This document shows positions 7,725 to 20,858 of a stretch of 38,144 nucleotides of DNA, in pieces (the stretch's first letter is position 1; every line of letters starts with the position of its first letter). The stretch is from an uncultured Pseudomonadota bacterium (lineage in GTDB: Bacteria; Pseudomonadota; Alphaproteobacteria; CACZRW01). Both the position numbers and the translations under genes were made by a program. The DNA lies in the NCBI GenBank assembly GCA_902783675.1, contig CACZRW010000002.1, positions 1 to 38,144 of the forward strand, in the 5' to 3' direction. Under the pieces are notes generated by a model that had not been told where the DNA came from, made no database searches, and saw only the letters and a program-made list of their open reading frames with translations.

Positions 7725-8714
7725 ATGCATAAGTTCGCAGTAATCGGTTCAGGCGCTTGGGGCACCGCCCTTGCAGTCATTCTTTCCGCCGGCGGCAACG
7801 AAGTCACCGTTTGGTCGCGCGAAAAGGAAGTTATGGAAGACATTTTGCACAACCACGAGAACTCGGTTTTCCTGCCGGGCATTAAGTTTACCCAGCATAT
7901 CAACGCCACTTTAAGTCTTGAAGAAGCGGTAAAGGACGCCGAGGTTGTCGTCATGGTCGTTCCCGCGCAATTCATGCGCAGCATGTGCAAGCAACTTGCG
8001 CCGTATTTAAAGCCGTCTATTCCCGTCCTTATCTGCTCCAAAGGCATTGAACAGGATACCGGCGCGCTTATGAGCGAAGTGGTCGCAACCGAATTACCTT
8101 CAAATGAAATAGCGGTTTTGTCGGGTCCGACTTTTGCGGGCGAAACGGCGGCAGGAACTCCGACTTCGGTCACCATTGCCTGCAAGGATAGGGCGCTTGG
8201 CGAGGCGTTGGTTAATGCTTTCGGCACAAAGACCTTCCGCCCTTATTACTCCGATGATGTCATCGGCGCGCAAGTAGGCGGTGCGGTAAAGAATGTGCTG
8301 GCAATTGCCGCCGGCATAGTTGAAGGGAAGGCTTTAGGCGACAACACGCGTGCTGCACTAATCACCCGCGGACTTGCCGAGATTGTCCGCCTTGCCAAAG
8401 CCAAAGGCGCCACACCGTCCACGCTTATGGGAATGAGCGGCATCGGCGATTTACTTCTTACCGCGAACTCGCACCAATCGCGTAACTATACCGTAGGGGT
8501 AGAGCTCGGTAAGGGCAGGACTCTGCACGAGATTATGGAAGGCAAGCGCTCGGTTGCCGAGGGTGTTTTCACCGCTCGCGCCGTCACCAAGCTGGCGCAT
8601 AACATCGGTGTTGAAATGCCCATTTGCGAAGCTGTGGATAAAGTTTTGAACGAGGGCGCGAATGTGGACGAGATGATATTATCCCTTCTTTCCCGCCCCT
8701 TCAAAGCCGAGTAG
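7725..8714 (+). CDS. gpsA: NAD(P)H-dependent glycerol-3-phosphate dehydrogenase
   Basis: N-terminal IGSGAWGTALA dinucleotide fold plus GAVKNV and GLAE blocks. SD AAGGAG lies upstream. Confidence 0.95.
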   Translation: MHKFAVIGSGAWGTALAVILSAGGNEVTVWSREKEVMEDILHNHENSVFLPGIKFTQHINATLSLEEAVKDAEVVVMVVPAQFMRSMCKQLAPYLKPSIPVLICSKGIEQDTGALMSEVVATELPSNEIAVLSGPTFAGETAAGTPTSVTIACKDRALGEALVNAFGTKTFRPYYSDDVIGAQVGGAVKNVLAIAAGIVEGKALGDNTRAALITRGLAEIVRLAKAKGATPSTLMGMSGIGDLLLTANSHQSRNYTVGVELGKGRTLHEIMEGKRSVAEGVFTARAVTKLAHNIGVEMPICEAVDKVLNEGANVDEMILSLLSRPFKAE

Positions 8715-8749
8715 CTTTAAGTTTATCAACCAACCTTAACCCCTTAAAC

Positions 8750-8766
8750 GGGGCAACGCCCCCTTT
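8750..8766 (+). terminator. Possible short intrinsic terminator after gpsA
   Basis: GGGGC-aac-GCCCC stem-loop (8750-8762) is followed by CTTTAT. The stem is only 5 bp. Confidence 0.35.
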
Positions 8767-8768
8767 AT

Positions 8769-8921
8769 GGATCCCCGAGCTGAGCCCTGCGGGCTCCCTC
8801 GAGGATGACGGGAAAATAATGAGGAATTAGTAATTAGGAATTAGGAATGATTGCGTTTTTGCTTCCCGCAAAAACAACTTTTATTTTTTTATTTCTCATT
8901 TCTCATTTCTCATTTCTCATT
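8769..8921. repeat. Palindromic heptad-array intergenic element, copy 2
   Basis: Left flank GGATCCCC..GAGGATGACGGG. Five in-phase heptads (AATAATG/AGGAATT/AGTAATT/AGGAATT/AGGAATG) lie at 8815-8849. The core is identical to copy 1, with stem 8855-8862 / 8868-8875. The right arm is 4.5 x (T/C)ATTTCT at 8890-8921. Confidence 0.9.
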
Positions 8922-8944
8922 GGGCGAAGCCCTAACCCTTAACC

Positions 8945-12651
<3,707 letters not shown>

Positions 12652-12676
12652 AAGTAACGGCAAGTAATCGGCTAAC

Positions 12677-13807
12677 CTACACCCTCATCGGCATAATGAC
12701 ATAGGTTACGGCATCGTCGCTCATATCGGTAACGATTACGGGAGAAGATGCGTCCAGCATGGAGAGCTTTACCTTTGCTCCCTTCGTCTGTCCCAAAATG
12801 TCCAAGAGATAGCGGAAGTTAAAACCTATCTCGATAGTCTCGCCTTCGTATTCGGCCTCAACATCGGTCTCCGCGCTGCCTTCATCTGCCGAGGACGCCG
12901 TCACGGCCACTTTATTCTTGGCGATTTTAAGCTTCACGCCTTTGGACTTTTCGCAAATCACGGCGACGCAATCAACGGCCCCCGCCAAAGCGTCCGAGTC
13001 CACCTCGGCGAACTTATCGTTACCGGTAGGAATGACCCGCTCATAGTCGGGATAAGTGCCGTCAATCAGCTTTGAAGTAAGTATCAAATCGGCAATCTCA
13101 AAGCGGATTTTGTTAGGGTTGATAGAGATTTTCACATCTTCCAACAGCTCGGCAACCAGCTTTTGCACCTCGCCCACGGTCTTTTTCGGAACGATGATGC
13201 CGGCCATGCCTTTAGCTCCTTCAGGCAGAGACACTTCTGCGGTGGCAAGACGATGTCCGTCCGTTGCGGCGGCTTTTAAAACCGCATCCTTGCCTTCGCC
13301 TTTCTCGTGCATATAAATGCCGTTAAGGTAATAGCGTGTTTCCTCTTGGCTTACGGCAAACAGCGTGCGGTCAAACAAGCTGGAAAGCTCGGCCGCCGTA
13401 AGCGTAAAGTTAATAGGCATACTGCCTTCGGAGATAGAGGGGAACTCGTCGCCGGGTAAAGTAGCAAGTTGGAACTTTGTCCGCCCCGAAGATATTTTAA
13501 GCTGCGAAGTTTTCGCATCCAAAGCTATTTCCACTTCGGCCCCTTCGGGCAGTTTGCGAGCAATTTCCAAAAGTTTATGCGCCGAGGCGGTAACCGATCC
13601 GCCGTCTTCCACCTTGGCGGCGGCGGACTCGATAACCTCTAAATCCATATCCGTTGCTTTAATGGTTACGCGCTCGCCTTCCAAGTCCTTCACCACATCG
13701 ATTTTTATATTGGAAAGGATAGGAATCGTTTGCCGTTTTTCCACAACATTTTGCACATGGGTAAGTAGCTTTAAAAGGGTGCTTCTTTCTATCGTAAACT
13801 TCATCAT
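12677..13807 (-). CDS. dnaN: DNA polymerase III beta sliding clamp
   Basis: The protein begins MKFTIERSTLLKLLTHVQNVVEKRQTIPILSNIKI and ends ..YVIMPMRV. The length is 376 aa and the dnaN-recF-gyrB order is conserved. Confidence 0.96.
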   Translation of the reverse strand: MMKFTIERSTLLKLLTHVQNVVEKRQTIPILSNIKIDVVKDLEGERVTIKATDMDLEVIESAAAKVEDGGSVTASAHKLLEIARKLPEGAEVEIALDAKTSQLKISSGRTKFQLATLPGDEFPSISEGSMPINFTLTAAELSSLFDRTLFAVSQEETRYYLNGIYMHEKGEGKDAVLKAAATDGHRLATAEVSLPEGAKGMAGIIVPKKTVGEVQKLVAELLEDVKISINPNKIRFEIADLILTSKLIDGTYPDYERVIPTGNDKFAEVDSDALAGAVDCVAVICEKSKGVKLKIAKNKVAVTASSADEGSAETDVEAEYEGETIEIGFNFRYLLDILGQTKGAKVKLSMLDASSPVIVTDMSDDAVTYVIMPMRV

Positions 13808-13949
13808 TTTTCTCTTTTCTAAATCTAGTAAAAACCGCAGAAAACCAAGGGCTTCCCGAAACTCTGCTCAGTATAGCAAAGCGAACCCAAAAAACAAGGT
13901 ATTTTTTATGGGGAAAAGGGCTTTTAAAAGGCACGAAAAAAGTGTTTTT

Positions 13950-14567
13950 CTACTTCTCTTTTTTCTTAAACTCAAAAAGCGAATCATCGACCGCGACATT
14001 ATACTTCGGCTCGACCAACATGATGCGCGTGCGGTTGTTTTTTGCGTCCTTTAGCGTCCAGCCTTTAAGCTCGCCGCTTTTCTTATCAAACACCAACGAA
14101 ATGCGCCCCGCCAAAGGGTCTTTTTTCATTGCCAAAGTGATATAGACCTCGCTTCCTTCGTCCCAGTAATCAAGCATATCCAAACGCTCGTCGGCAAAGG
14201 AGAAGTCCTGCGATAAAACCAAAAAGGCGGGAGAGTCTTCAAGCCCTATATAAGACACTTGGTCAAGGCTCGGTTCATAAAAAATAATGTTATAGCCGTC
14301 CGCCATTAAAACCGTATCGGAGTTTTCATAATTAAGCAGCATTTTATTAGGCTTCGAGACCAGCAAAGACCCGAAAACATCATCACCGCGATTAGTTGTT
14401 TGCACGATTTTCGCCTGCATGGTTTTGACGGAATTGATGCTTTTTTCCAGCTTGGCAAGCGTGCGCTCTTTTTTGGTAAGAGGCACTGCTTCCGCGTCGG
14501 CGTTTGTCGGTAAACTCACCGCCACACCCAGTCCTAAAATCACCATTGCCGCCAGTATTTTTCTCAA
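13950..14567 (-). CDS. lolA: Outer-membrane lipoprotein carrier protein LolA
   Basis: Signal peptide (..SLPTNADA) and LolA-like body. The gene sits directly downstream of ftsK, as in many proteobacteria. The track start is TTG; ATG at 14546 is an alternative. Confidence 0.8.
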   Translation of the reverse strand: MRKILAAMVILGLGVAVSLPTNADAEAVPLTKKERTLAKLEKSINSVKTMQAKIVQTTNRGDDVFGSLLVSKPNKMLLNYENSDTVLMADGYNIIFYEPSLDQVSYIGLEDSPAFLVLSQDFSFADERLDMLDYWDEGSEVYITLAMKKDPLAGRISLVFDKKSGELKGWTLKDAKNNRTRIMLVEPKYNVAVDDSLFEFKKKEK

Positions 14568-14590
14568 AACTCAACCGCCTTTTTACTTGC

Positions 14591-16879
14591 TTAACTTATC
14601 AAGACTTCGCGCTTACCGGAAGAACTGGCGGTAGATACGATTCCTTCGCGCTCCATGCGCTCGACAATATCCGCCGCACGGTTGTAACCGATACCGAGCC
14701 GCCTTTGCAAATAGCTGATAGAGACTTTTTGCTCCGAGCGAACAATCTCAACCGCCTCGGCGTAAATATCGCCTTTTGCTCCGTCCTCGCCGCCACCCGC
14801 AAGCCCCATATCCATGCCGTCGTCATCGTCCTCAATAACGGCGTCCAGATACTCGGGCTCGCCTTGAGTTTTAAGGAACTTTACGACATCTTCCACTTCG
14901 GCATCGGACACGAAAGGACCATGCACACGCACGGGCTTCTGTCCCGCTTCCATGTAAAGCATATCACCGCGCCCCAGAAGCGTCTCGGCTCCCTGTTCAT
15001 TAAGGATGGTACGCGAATCAATCTTGGAAGTAACCTGAAAACTGATACGCGTGGGAAAGTTCGCCTTGATAGTGCCGGTAATCACATCGACCGAGGGTCG
15101 CTGCGTCGCCATAATCAAATGGATACCGGCGGCACGCGCCATTTGCGCCAAGCGCTGGATAGCAGCTTCAACCTCTTTACCCGCAACCAGCATTAAATCC
15201 GCCATTTCATCAACTATCACCACGATATGCGAAAAAGGCTTTAAATCCAGCGGCTGCTCTTGCATTAAAGGCTGCCCGTTTTCATCAAACCCGACCTGCA
15301 CCGTGCGACTTGGCGTTTTGCCCGACGCGGCAATCTCTGCCAGCTTTTCATTGTATTTAGCGATGTTGCGGACGGCGACCAAACTCATTGCGCGATACCT
15401 GTCTTCCATTTCCTTAACCGCCCATTTAAGCGCGACCACCGCTTTTTTCGGCTCGGTCACGACGGGCGTGAGCAGGTGCGGGATGTCGTTATAGACCGAC
15501 AATTCCAGCATCTTGGGATCGACCATAATCATGCGGCATTCGGCGGGCGTAAAGCGGTAAAGCAGCGACAGTATCATAGTGTTAACCGCCACCGACTTAC
15601 CCGAGCCGGTAGTCCCCGCGACCAGCAAGTGCGGCATCTTCACCAAGTCGGCAAACACGGCCTTCCCGCCGATATTCTTCCCGAGCGCCAAGGGCAAAGT
15701 AAGCTCGCTGTTTTGGAACTTGTCATCTTCCAAAAGCTCGCGCAAAAAGACCGTTTCGCGCTTTTCATTAGGCAGCTCAATCCCCAGCACCGACCGCCCC
15801 GGCACCACGGCAATCCTGACCGACTTCGCACACATGGACCGCGCAATCTCGTCGGCAAGGCTGATAACGCGCGTGCTTCTGACGCCGAAAGCGGGATTAA
15901 ATTCGTATAGAGTAACCACGGGACCGGGCAGGATATTAACCACTTCGCCCTCGACTCCGTATTCACGAAAAGCCTCTTCCAGCCGATGCGCGCTTTGCGC
16001 CAGAGCTTCTTTAGAGAACTTTTGCCCGCCGGCGGGAACGGGTGCCAAGAAGTCCAAACGCGGCAACTTAAACCCTTTGTCATTCTTGCGTAAAGGCTTT
16101 GCGGCGGAAGTTTTAAGCGTAGTCGCCGTAGCTGCTTTCGGCTCGGCAGGAGCTTTTGCCTGCGGCAACTTTATCTTGATTTTAGGCGCGGCCACCGGCG
16201 GCTCGTTTCCTTTGGCTCTGAAGTGATTGCGCACCGCATACCACAGGTTAATTCCTGCCTGCACTCCGCGCAGGATAATTCCGAACACTTCGCGCAGGAT
16301 AGCCGTCCAGCGTATGGCAAACGCAAAGGCCATTAACCACAGCGACACCAGCACCATAAAGAACGAAAGTGCCATGCGCAGAAGATTCGCACTCATTCCG
16401 AAGTCCAGCGCGTCTAAAAATCTGAACACCACGCCGAACAGCACAAAGCCGAGCACTCCGCCCCAACCGGCGATTACCGGCCACGACGGCGCAATCTCAA
16501 ATCCAGCAAATCCCGCAGCAAAGAACAGAACCGCAAAAATCGCCGTTAATATCCGCGCCACGACGAAACGAGGATGTATCCGCAGCGTGAGCCACGAGCC
16601 CCACAAAACCATGGCTATGGGGATAAGTATGGCGGCCAGTCCCAAGCCTTGCCACAACGCATCGGCAATACTTGCGCCGACAAGCCCCAAAGCATTGGAA
16701 AACACGCCGCCGCCCGCGGTATTTAGCGAAGTGTCCAAGGGATAATAGGAAAAAAGCGCCGTTATGCCCAAAAGCCCCAGCAAAGTCAAAACAAAGCCGA
16801 AAGCCACCGCGCACACCGCTTTTAACGCGCCCGAAATATCGGCGGAAAGCAACGAAGCTTTTTTCTTTTTGCGTGCCAT
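14591..16879 (-). CDS. ftsK: DNA translocase FtsK
   Basis: Multi-TM N-terminus, Pro/Ala linker, motor domain with Walker A (GTTGSGKS) and VVIVDEMADLM, and a C-terminal winged-helix gamma domain (ISYLQRRLGIGYNRAA). Confidence 0.97.
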   Translation of the reverse strand: MARKKKKASLLSADISGALKAVCAVAFGFVLTLLGLLGITALFSYYPLDTSLNTAGGGVFSNALGLVGASIADALWQGLGLAAILIPIAMVLWGSWLTLRIHPRFVVARILTAIFAVLFFAAGFAGFEIAPSWPVIAGWGGVLGFVLFGVVFRFLDALDFGMSANLLRMALSFFMVLVSLWLMAFAFAIRWTAILREVFGIILRGVQAGINLWYAVRNHFRAKGNEPPVAAPKIKIKLPQAKAPAEPKAATATTLKTSAAKPLRKNDKGFKLPRLDFLAPVPAGGQKFSKEALAQSAHRLEEAFREYGVEGEVVNILPGPVVTLYEFNPAFGVRSTRVISLADEIARSMCAKSVRIAVVPGRSVLGIELPNEKRETVFLRELLEDDKFQNSELTLPLALGKNIGGKAVFADLVKMPHLLVAGTTGSGKSVAVNTMILSLLYRFTPAECRMIMVDPKMLELSVYNDIPHLLTPVVTEPKKAVVALKWAVKEMEDRYRAMSLVAVRNIAKYNEKLAEIAASGKTPSRTVQVGFDENGQPLMQEQPLDLKPFSHIVVIVDEMADLMLVAGKEVEAAIQRLAQMARAAGIHLIMATQRPSVDVITGTIKANFPTRISFQVTSKIDSRTILNEQGAETLLGRGDMLYMEAGQKPVRVHGPFVSDAEVEDVVKFLKTQGEPEYLDAVIEDDDDGMDMGLAGGGEDGAKGDIYAEAVEIVRSEQKVSISYLQRRLGIGYNRAADIVERMEREGIVSTASSSGKREVLIS

Positions 16880-16928
16880 TTTTTATCCCTTAAACCAAAC
16901 CCGAGGCACCAAGAGCGCTTGCTCTGAC

Positions 16929-17399
16929 CTACTTTACCGCTTCAACCACGCTGTCGGTAATATCCACGCCGCCGGCTAAAAGCATGGCTTTGGGAACGGC
17001 GTAGGTAAAGCCCAATTCCTTGGCTTTTGCCTTAATTATATTAGAAATCTTGTTGTCAATGCTGACCAGCGCTTCGGCATATTCCTTATCCATAGCGCCT
17101 TTGCGAAGGTTAAGCTCGGCGTTATACTTTGCCTCAAGCTCCGCCTTTTTCTTGGCGTTCTTTTGCGCCTCAACTTCCTTCAAAGCGGCGCTGACAAAGT
17201 CCTTCAGCTCGGCGAGCTTGCCTTGCTGATATTCCTTTAACTCCTTCAAATCCTTTGACGCGGCAATGACTTTGTTCACATCAACATAAGCAATCTCCGG
17301 CGCGGTATTTATAACTTTAAACTGCGCGTTCAAAAGCACCAAACCGAAACCGAGCAACGCCGCAACCACTATGACCAACGAAGTTTTTTTGATATCCAT
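16929..17399 (-). CDS. skp: OmpH/Skp-family periplasmic chaperone
   Basis: The ATG at 17399 has GGAGAG upstream. The protein has a signal anchor followed by a Lys/Glu-rich coiled coil typical of Skp. The track start at 17576 is over-extended. Confidence 0.75.
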   Translation of the reverse strand: MDIKKTSLVIVVAALLGFGLVLLNAQFKVINTAPEIAYVDVNKVIAASKDLKELKEYQQGKLAELKDFVSAALKEVEAQKNAKKKAELEAKYNAELNLRKGAMDKEYAEALVSIDNKISNIIKAKAKELGFTYAVPKAMLLAGGVDITDSVVEAVK

Positions 17400-17553
17400 A
17401 ATTCTCTCTCCTTTATTTGAATACAGGCGGGGATTATGGGGGAAAAAATCATTTTTGGCAAGGCGCTTTGCATAGCCTTTTGTTCGCTTGCAAAAAAACA
17501 GACGAGGGGCTACTATTTTAAAAAACCACCTTAGCCAGGGAAGGAGGGGGCTC

Positions 17554-18372
17554 ATGCAAACGAAAACTTTAAGCAACGGCGTTCAGATTCCGGTTATTGG
17601 CTTAGGGGTTTTTCAAACACCTCCGAAAGATACGGTAAACGCGGTTAACTGGGCGCTGGATTGCGGCTATCGCCATATAGACACCGCCGCCGCTTACGGC
17701 AACGAGAAAGAAGTCGCCGAGGGCATATCGCGAAGCGGCTTTGACAGGGAAGATGTCTTTATCACCACCAAGCTTTGGAACGACGACATGCGCGCCGGCC
17801 TTGTCCGCGAGGCCATCGCCACCAGCCTTAAAAACCTTGGCACCGACTACATAGACCTATACCTTATCCACTGGCCGGTAGCAGGTAAGTTCGTGGATAG
17901 TTGGAAGGTTATGGAAGAATACTATAACAAGGGCGTGTTTAAGGCCATCGGCGTCAGCAATTTTCACGAGCGGCACTTGGACGAGCTGATTAGGGCAAGC
18001 GAAATTATGCCCATGGTTAACCAGATAGAGCTTCATCCCTTTTTAACCCAAGAGAATCTGGTGCGCTATAATACCGAATTGGGCATCGCCACGGAATGCT
18101 GGGGACCGTTGGCGCGCGGCAAGGTTATGGGCGACGAAACCCTTGCCCGCCTTGCACATAAATACGGCAAGACCATTCCCGAGATAGTCCTAAGGTGGGA
18201 GTTCCAGCGCGGGCTTATCACCATTCCCAAGTCGGCACACAAAGAGCGCATTATCGACAATATCCGCATCTTTAACTTTATTCTTTCGGACGCGGACATG
18301 GCGAGCATTTCCGCCCTTAATCGCAACGAGCGCGCCGAGCCGAGATGGAATCCGGACACCTTTAATTTTTAG
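17554..18372 (+). CDS. Aldo/keto reductase (DkgA/2,5-diketo-D-gluconate reductase-like)
   Basis: LSNGVQIPVIGLGVFQ, GYRHIDTAAAYGNE, LYLIHWP and IPKS motifs. The ATG at 17554 has GGAAGGAGGGGG upstream. Confidence 0.9.
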   Translation: MQTKTLSNGVQIPVIGLGVFQTPPKDTVNAVNWALDCGYRHIDTAAAYGNEKEVAEGISRSGFDREDVFITTKLWNDDMRAGLVREAIATSLKNLGTDYIDLYLIHWPVAGKFVDSWKVMEEYYNKGVFKAIGVSNFHERHLDELIRASEIMPMVNQIELHPFLTQENLVRYNTELGIATECWGPLARGKVMGDETLARLAHKYGKTIPEIVLRWEFQRGLITIPKSAHKERIIDNIRIFNFILSDADMASISALNRNERAEPRWNPDTFNF

Positions 18373-18505
18373 CCGTTTTTTTGCCGCCGCTTCCCGCAGT
18401 TTTTTCGCCTTTGCCGCAGGGTAAACTTTTTTGATGATTTTTTTGTTTTTTTGTGTTATAGTGCCCCCGCTTTTGCAGGCTTTTGATTAAAAGGAGGTTT
18501 GCACT

Positions 18506-18907
18506 ATGGAAATAAAAAATTGGTTTAAGACTTCACCCGTATCGGCAAGCTCCGCAGCGAATGTGTCTCTTTACCGCAGTATAGATGTTAATTCCATGGT
18601 CCCGAATGGCACACTCGAATCCATTGACATCGCCAAAGTGGTAAAAGGTAATTACTTTACCGCCGCGGGCTATCCGCTGAATCCGAAGCGAGAGTCCTTT
18701 GCGCTGTCCTCTTCGGACGGCAGAATGAAGGTCAGGTATTTTTTCAACTTTGACCCCATTCAAAAAAGGAGCGAAAGCTCGGCAAGCTTTATGATGGGCG
18801 GACGCCCCGTGATGGTGAAGATTGACGCGCAGGAATACCACAGAGCAAAGCAGATTTTTGAAGCCGGTATTGAAAAAATGCGCGCTTCTTTAAGCGAAGA
18901 AGATTAG
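18506..18907 (+). CDS. Hypothetical protein, 133 aa, no recognisable family
   Basis: Strong SD AAAGGAGG lies 8 nt upstream of the ATG, and a TGTTATAGT extended -10-like sequence lies at 18454-18462. I see no signal peptide or TM segment. Confidence 0.55.
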   Translation: MEIKNWFKTSPVSASSAANVSLYRSIDVNSMVPNGTLESIDIAKVVKGNYFTAAGYPLNPKRESFALSSSDGRMKVRYFFNFDPIQKRSESSASFMMGGRPVMVKIDAQEYHRAKQIFEAGIEKMRASLSEED

Positions 18908-18938
18908 GAAGTTATATTTTATTTATCGTTGTTCGCAA

Positions 18939-19679
18939 TCAGTGCGCCAGCAAAGTATCCAGAAATTCAAAAATCTCGCGGTTGCTGGTAAAGTCCTTGC
19001 CCTGATAGCCGTCTGCCGTGACTAAATGCCCTTCTCTGAAGCCGGTCTTTAGCACGCTCAAGTCGTTGGCGATGATATAGTCCATTTTATTCTTTCGGCA
19101 CAATTCGGTTGCGGCGTCAAACAGCTCTTTTTGGCTTACTTTGCTAAGTAGCTTAAAGCCGACAAGAATCGCCTCGGGGAACCATTTCCTAAGCTCGGCA
19201 ATTATCTTCGGGGTAAGTCCCAGCTTAATGGTAAGGTTTTCCTCTACGCTGGAAATCTTGGTGTTGCTAAGGATTTTCTTTTGCGGATTCGTCATTATCT
19301 TAAGCACATCAGCGTTGTTTTTTATCTTACCTTCCTTTACCGCCGCGGCAATCTCGTCCGCCATATCCTCAAGCGTAAAGGAAAACTCGGAATAATAATC
19401 CGCGACCGCCGCCGAGTGAATCACCATGTTATACCCGCCGCCTTGCTCGTGTTCCAAGGCCGCCCGCATTTCGGCAGTCGTCTCTACGGGAATGTGCCTG
19501 ACATTGTTAAAGATGTGCCCTTGGTGCAAAAGCGCCGAGCCCACGACCGTCACATCGGCAAAGGCAGAAAACCTGCTTGCCAGCTCAATAGCGGTCTTCC
19601 CCGTCGCCATATTTGTGATTTTCATCACATCATCGATATATTCGTTGGTAGGACCGCCGGTTATAAGAACTTTTGTCAT
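18939..19679 (-). CDS. coaB: Monofunctional phosphopantothenate--cysteine ligase (CoaB only)
   Basis: MTKVLITGGPTNEYIDDVMKITNMATG, HSAAVADY, KISS, LTPKII, LVGFKLL and IIANDL blocks are collinear with stand-alone CoaB of Gram-positive bacteria. The ATG at 19679 lies 19 nt after the ychF stop. There is no CoaC flavoprotein domain. Confidence 0.85.
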   Translation of the reverse strand: MTKVLITGGPTNEYIDDVMKITNMATGKTAIELASRFSAFADVTVVGSALLHQGHIFNNVRHIPVETTAEMRAALEHEQGGGYNMVIHSAAVADYYSEFSFTLEDMADEIAAAVKEGKIKNNADVLKIMTNPQKKILSNTKISSVEENLTIKLGLTPKIIAELRKWFPEAILVGFKLLSKVSQKELFDAATELCRKNKMDYIIANDLSVLKTGFREGHLVTADGYQGKDFTSNREIFEFLDTLLAH

Positions 19680-19698
19680 TTTCTGCCCTTTCGTTGTG

Positions 19699-20805
19699 CT
19701 AGACATTAAATAGGAAATGAGCGACATCTCCGTCTTTCATTACATAATTCTTTCCTTCCGAACGCAGCTTTCCCGCTTCCCGCGCGCGCGCTTCGCCCCT
19801 CAAGGTTATGTAGTCATTATAAGCGACAATCTCGGCTCTGATAAAGCCTTTTTCAAAGTCACTGTGAATAGCTCCCGCCGCCTCGGGCGCCGTTGCTCCT
19901 TTTTTAATCGTCCACGCCCGCGATTCCTTCGGTCCGGAAGTGAAAAAGGTGTGCAGACCCAAAAGGTCATATCCCGCCCGTATCACGCGCGCAAGCCCCG
20001 TCTCTTCCAGCCCCAAAGCCGCTAAAAACTCCGCCTGCTCCGCACCGGTAAGTTGCGCCACTTCTGCCTCAATTGCTGCAGATGTAATTACATTGTAATT
20101 ACCTTCCTCTGCGGCTTTTTTAGCTACCGCCGCCGAAAAAGCGTTGCCTTCCTTGGCACTCGCCTCATCGACATTGGAAACATATAGAACCGGTTTTGCC
20201 GTAAGCAAAAACAGGCTTTTATAGATTTTCATACGATCGATGTCGGATTCTTCAGGTTTTGCCTTGCGTGCGGGCCGCCCCATTTTTAAGCAATCCAAAA
20301 TCGGCTCCATAACCGAGACGATAAGCTTACTTTCCTTATCCCCCACGGACGCTTTTTTGGCAATGGCACTGTAGCGCTTTTCAAGGGATTCCAAATCGGC
20401 AAGCATAAGCTCGGTATCCACCGTTTCCGCATCGCGAATGGGATCAACATCGCCCTCAACATGCGTCACATTGTCATCTTTAAAGCAGCGCAGAACATGG
20501 ATAATAGCGTCCACCTCGCGGATATTGCCAAGGAATTGGTTGCCCAGCCCCTCGCCCTTGCTTGCTCCGCGCACCAAGCCGGCTATATCCACGAACTCAA
20601 GCTGTGCCGGCACGATTTTGGCGGCATTGTCGATTTTCCCTAATATATCCAGCCGCTCATCGGGCACATTAACCACGCCGATATTAGGCTCGATGGTGCA
20701 AAAAGGATAATTGACCGCCTCAGCCGCCATCGTCGCCGTCAGCGCGTTGAAAAGAGTGGATTTTCCGACATTAGGAAGTCCGACTATTCCGCAATTAAAT
20801 CCCAT
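19699..20805 (-). CDS. ychF: Ribosome-binding ATPase YchF
   Basis: The protein begins MGFNCGIVGLPNVGKSTLFNALT and has a C-terminal TGS-like end (..DGDVAHFLFNV). The length is 368 aa. Confidence 0.97.
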   Translation of the reverse strand: MGFNCGIVGLPNVGKSTLFNALTATMAAEAVNYPFCTIEPNIGVVNVPDERLDILGKIDNAAKIVPAQLEFVDIAGLVRGASKGEGLGNQFLGNIREVDAIIHVLRCFKDDNVTHVEGDVDPIRDAETVDTELMLADLESLEKRYSAIAKKASVGDKESKLIVSVMEPILDCLKMGRPARKAKPEESDIDRMKIYKSLFLLTAKPVLYVSNVDEASAKEGNAFSAAVAKKAAEEGNYNVITSAAIEAEVAQLTGAEQAEFLAALGLEETGLARVIRAGYDLLGLHTFFTSGPKESRAWTIKKGATAPEAAGAIHSDFEKGFIRAEIVAYNDYITLRGEARAREAGKLRSEGKNYVMKDGDVAHFLFNV

Positions 20806-20858
20806 TTTTCTTTCCTTATTTTGGTATGAAATCAGTTTGTATTATGCACAAGGGCATT

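Noticed and set aside
13808-13949. Region upstream of dnaN as a chromosomal replication origin
   Set aside because: There is no dnaA gene adjacent, no TTATCCACA-type DnaA boxes and no AT-rich 13-mer cluster. It looks like an ordinary promoter region, and dnaN is commonly separated from dnaA/oriC in alphaproteobacteria.
16880-16928. AGAGC-gctt-GCTCT hairpin between ftsK start and skp stop, as a terminator
   Set aside because: The stem is 5 bp with no U-tract on the relevant (minus) strand, which is insufficient support.
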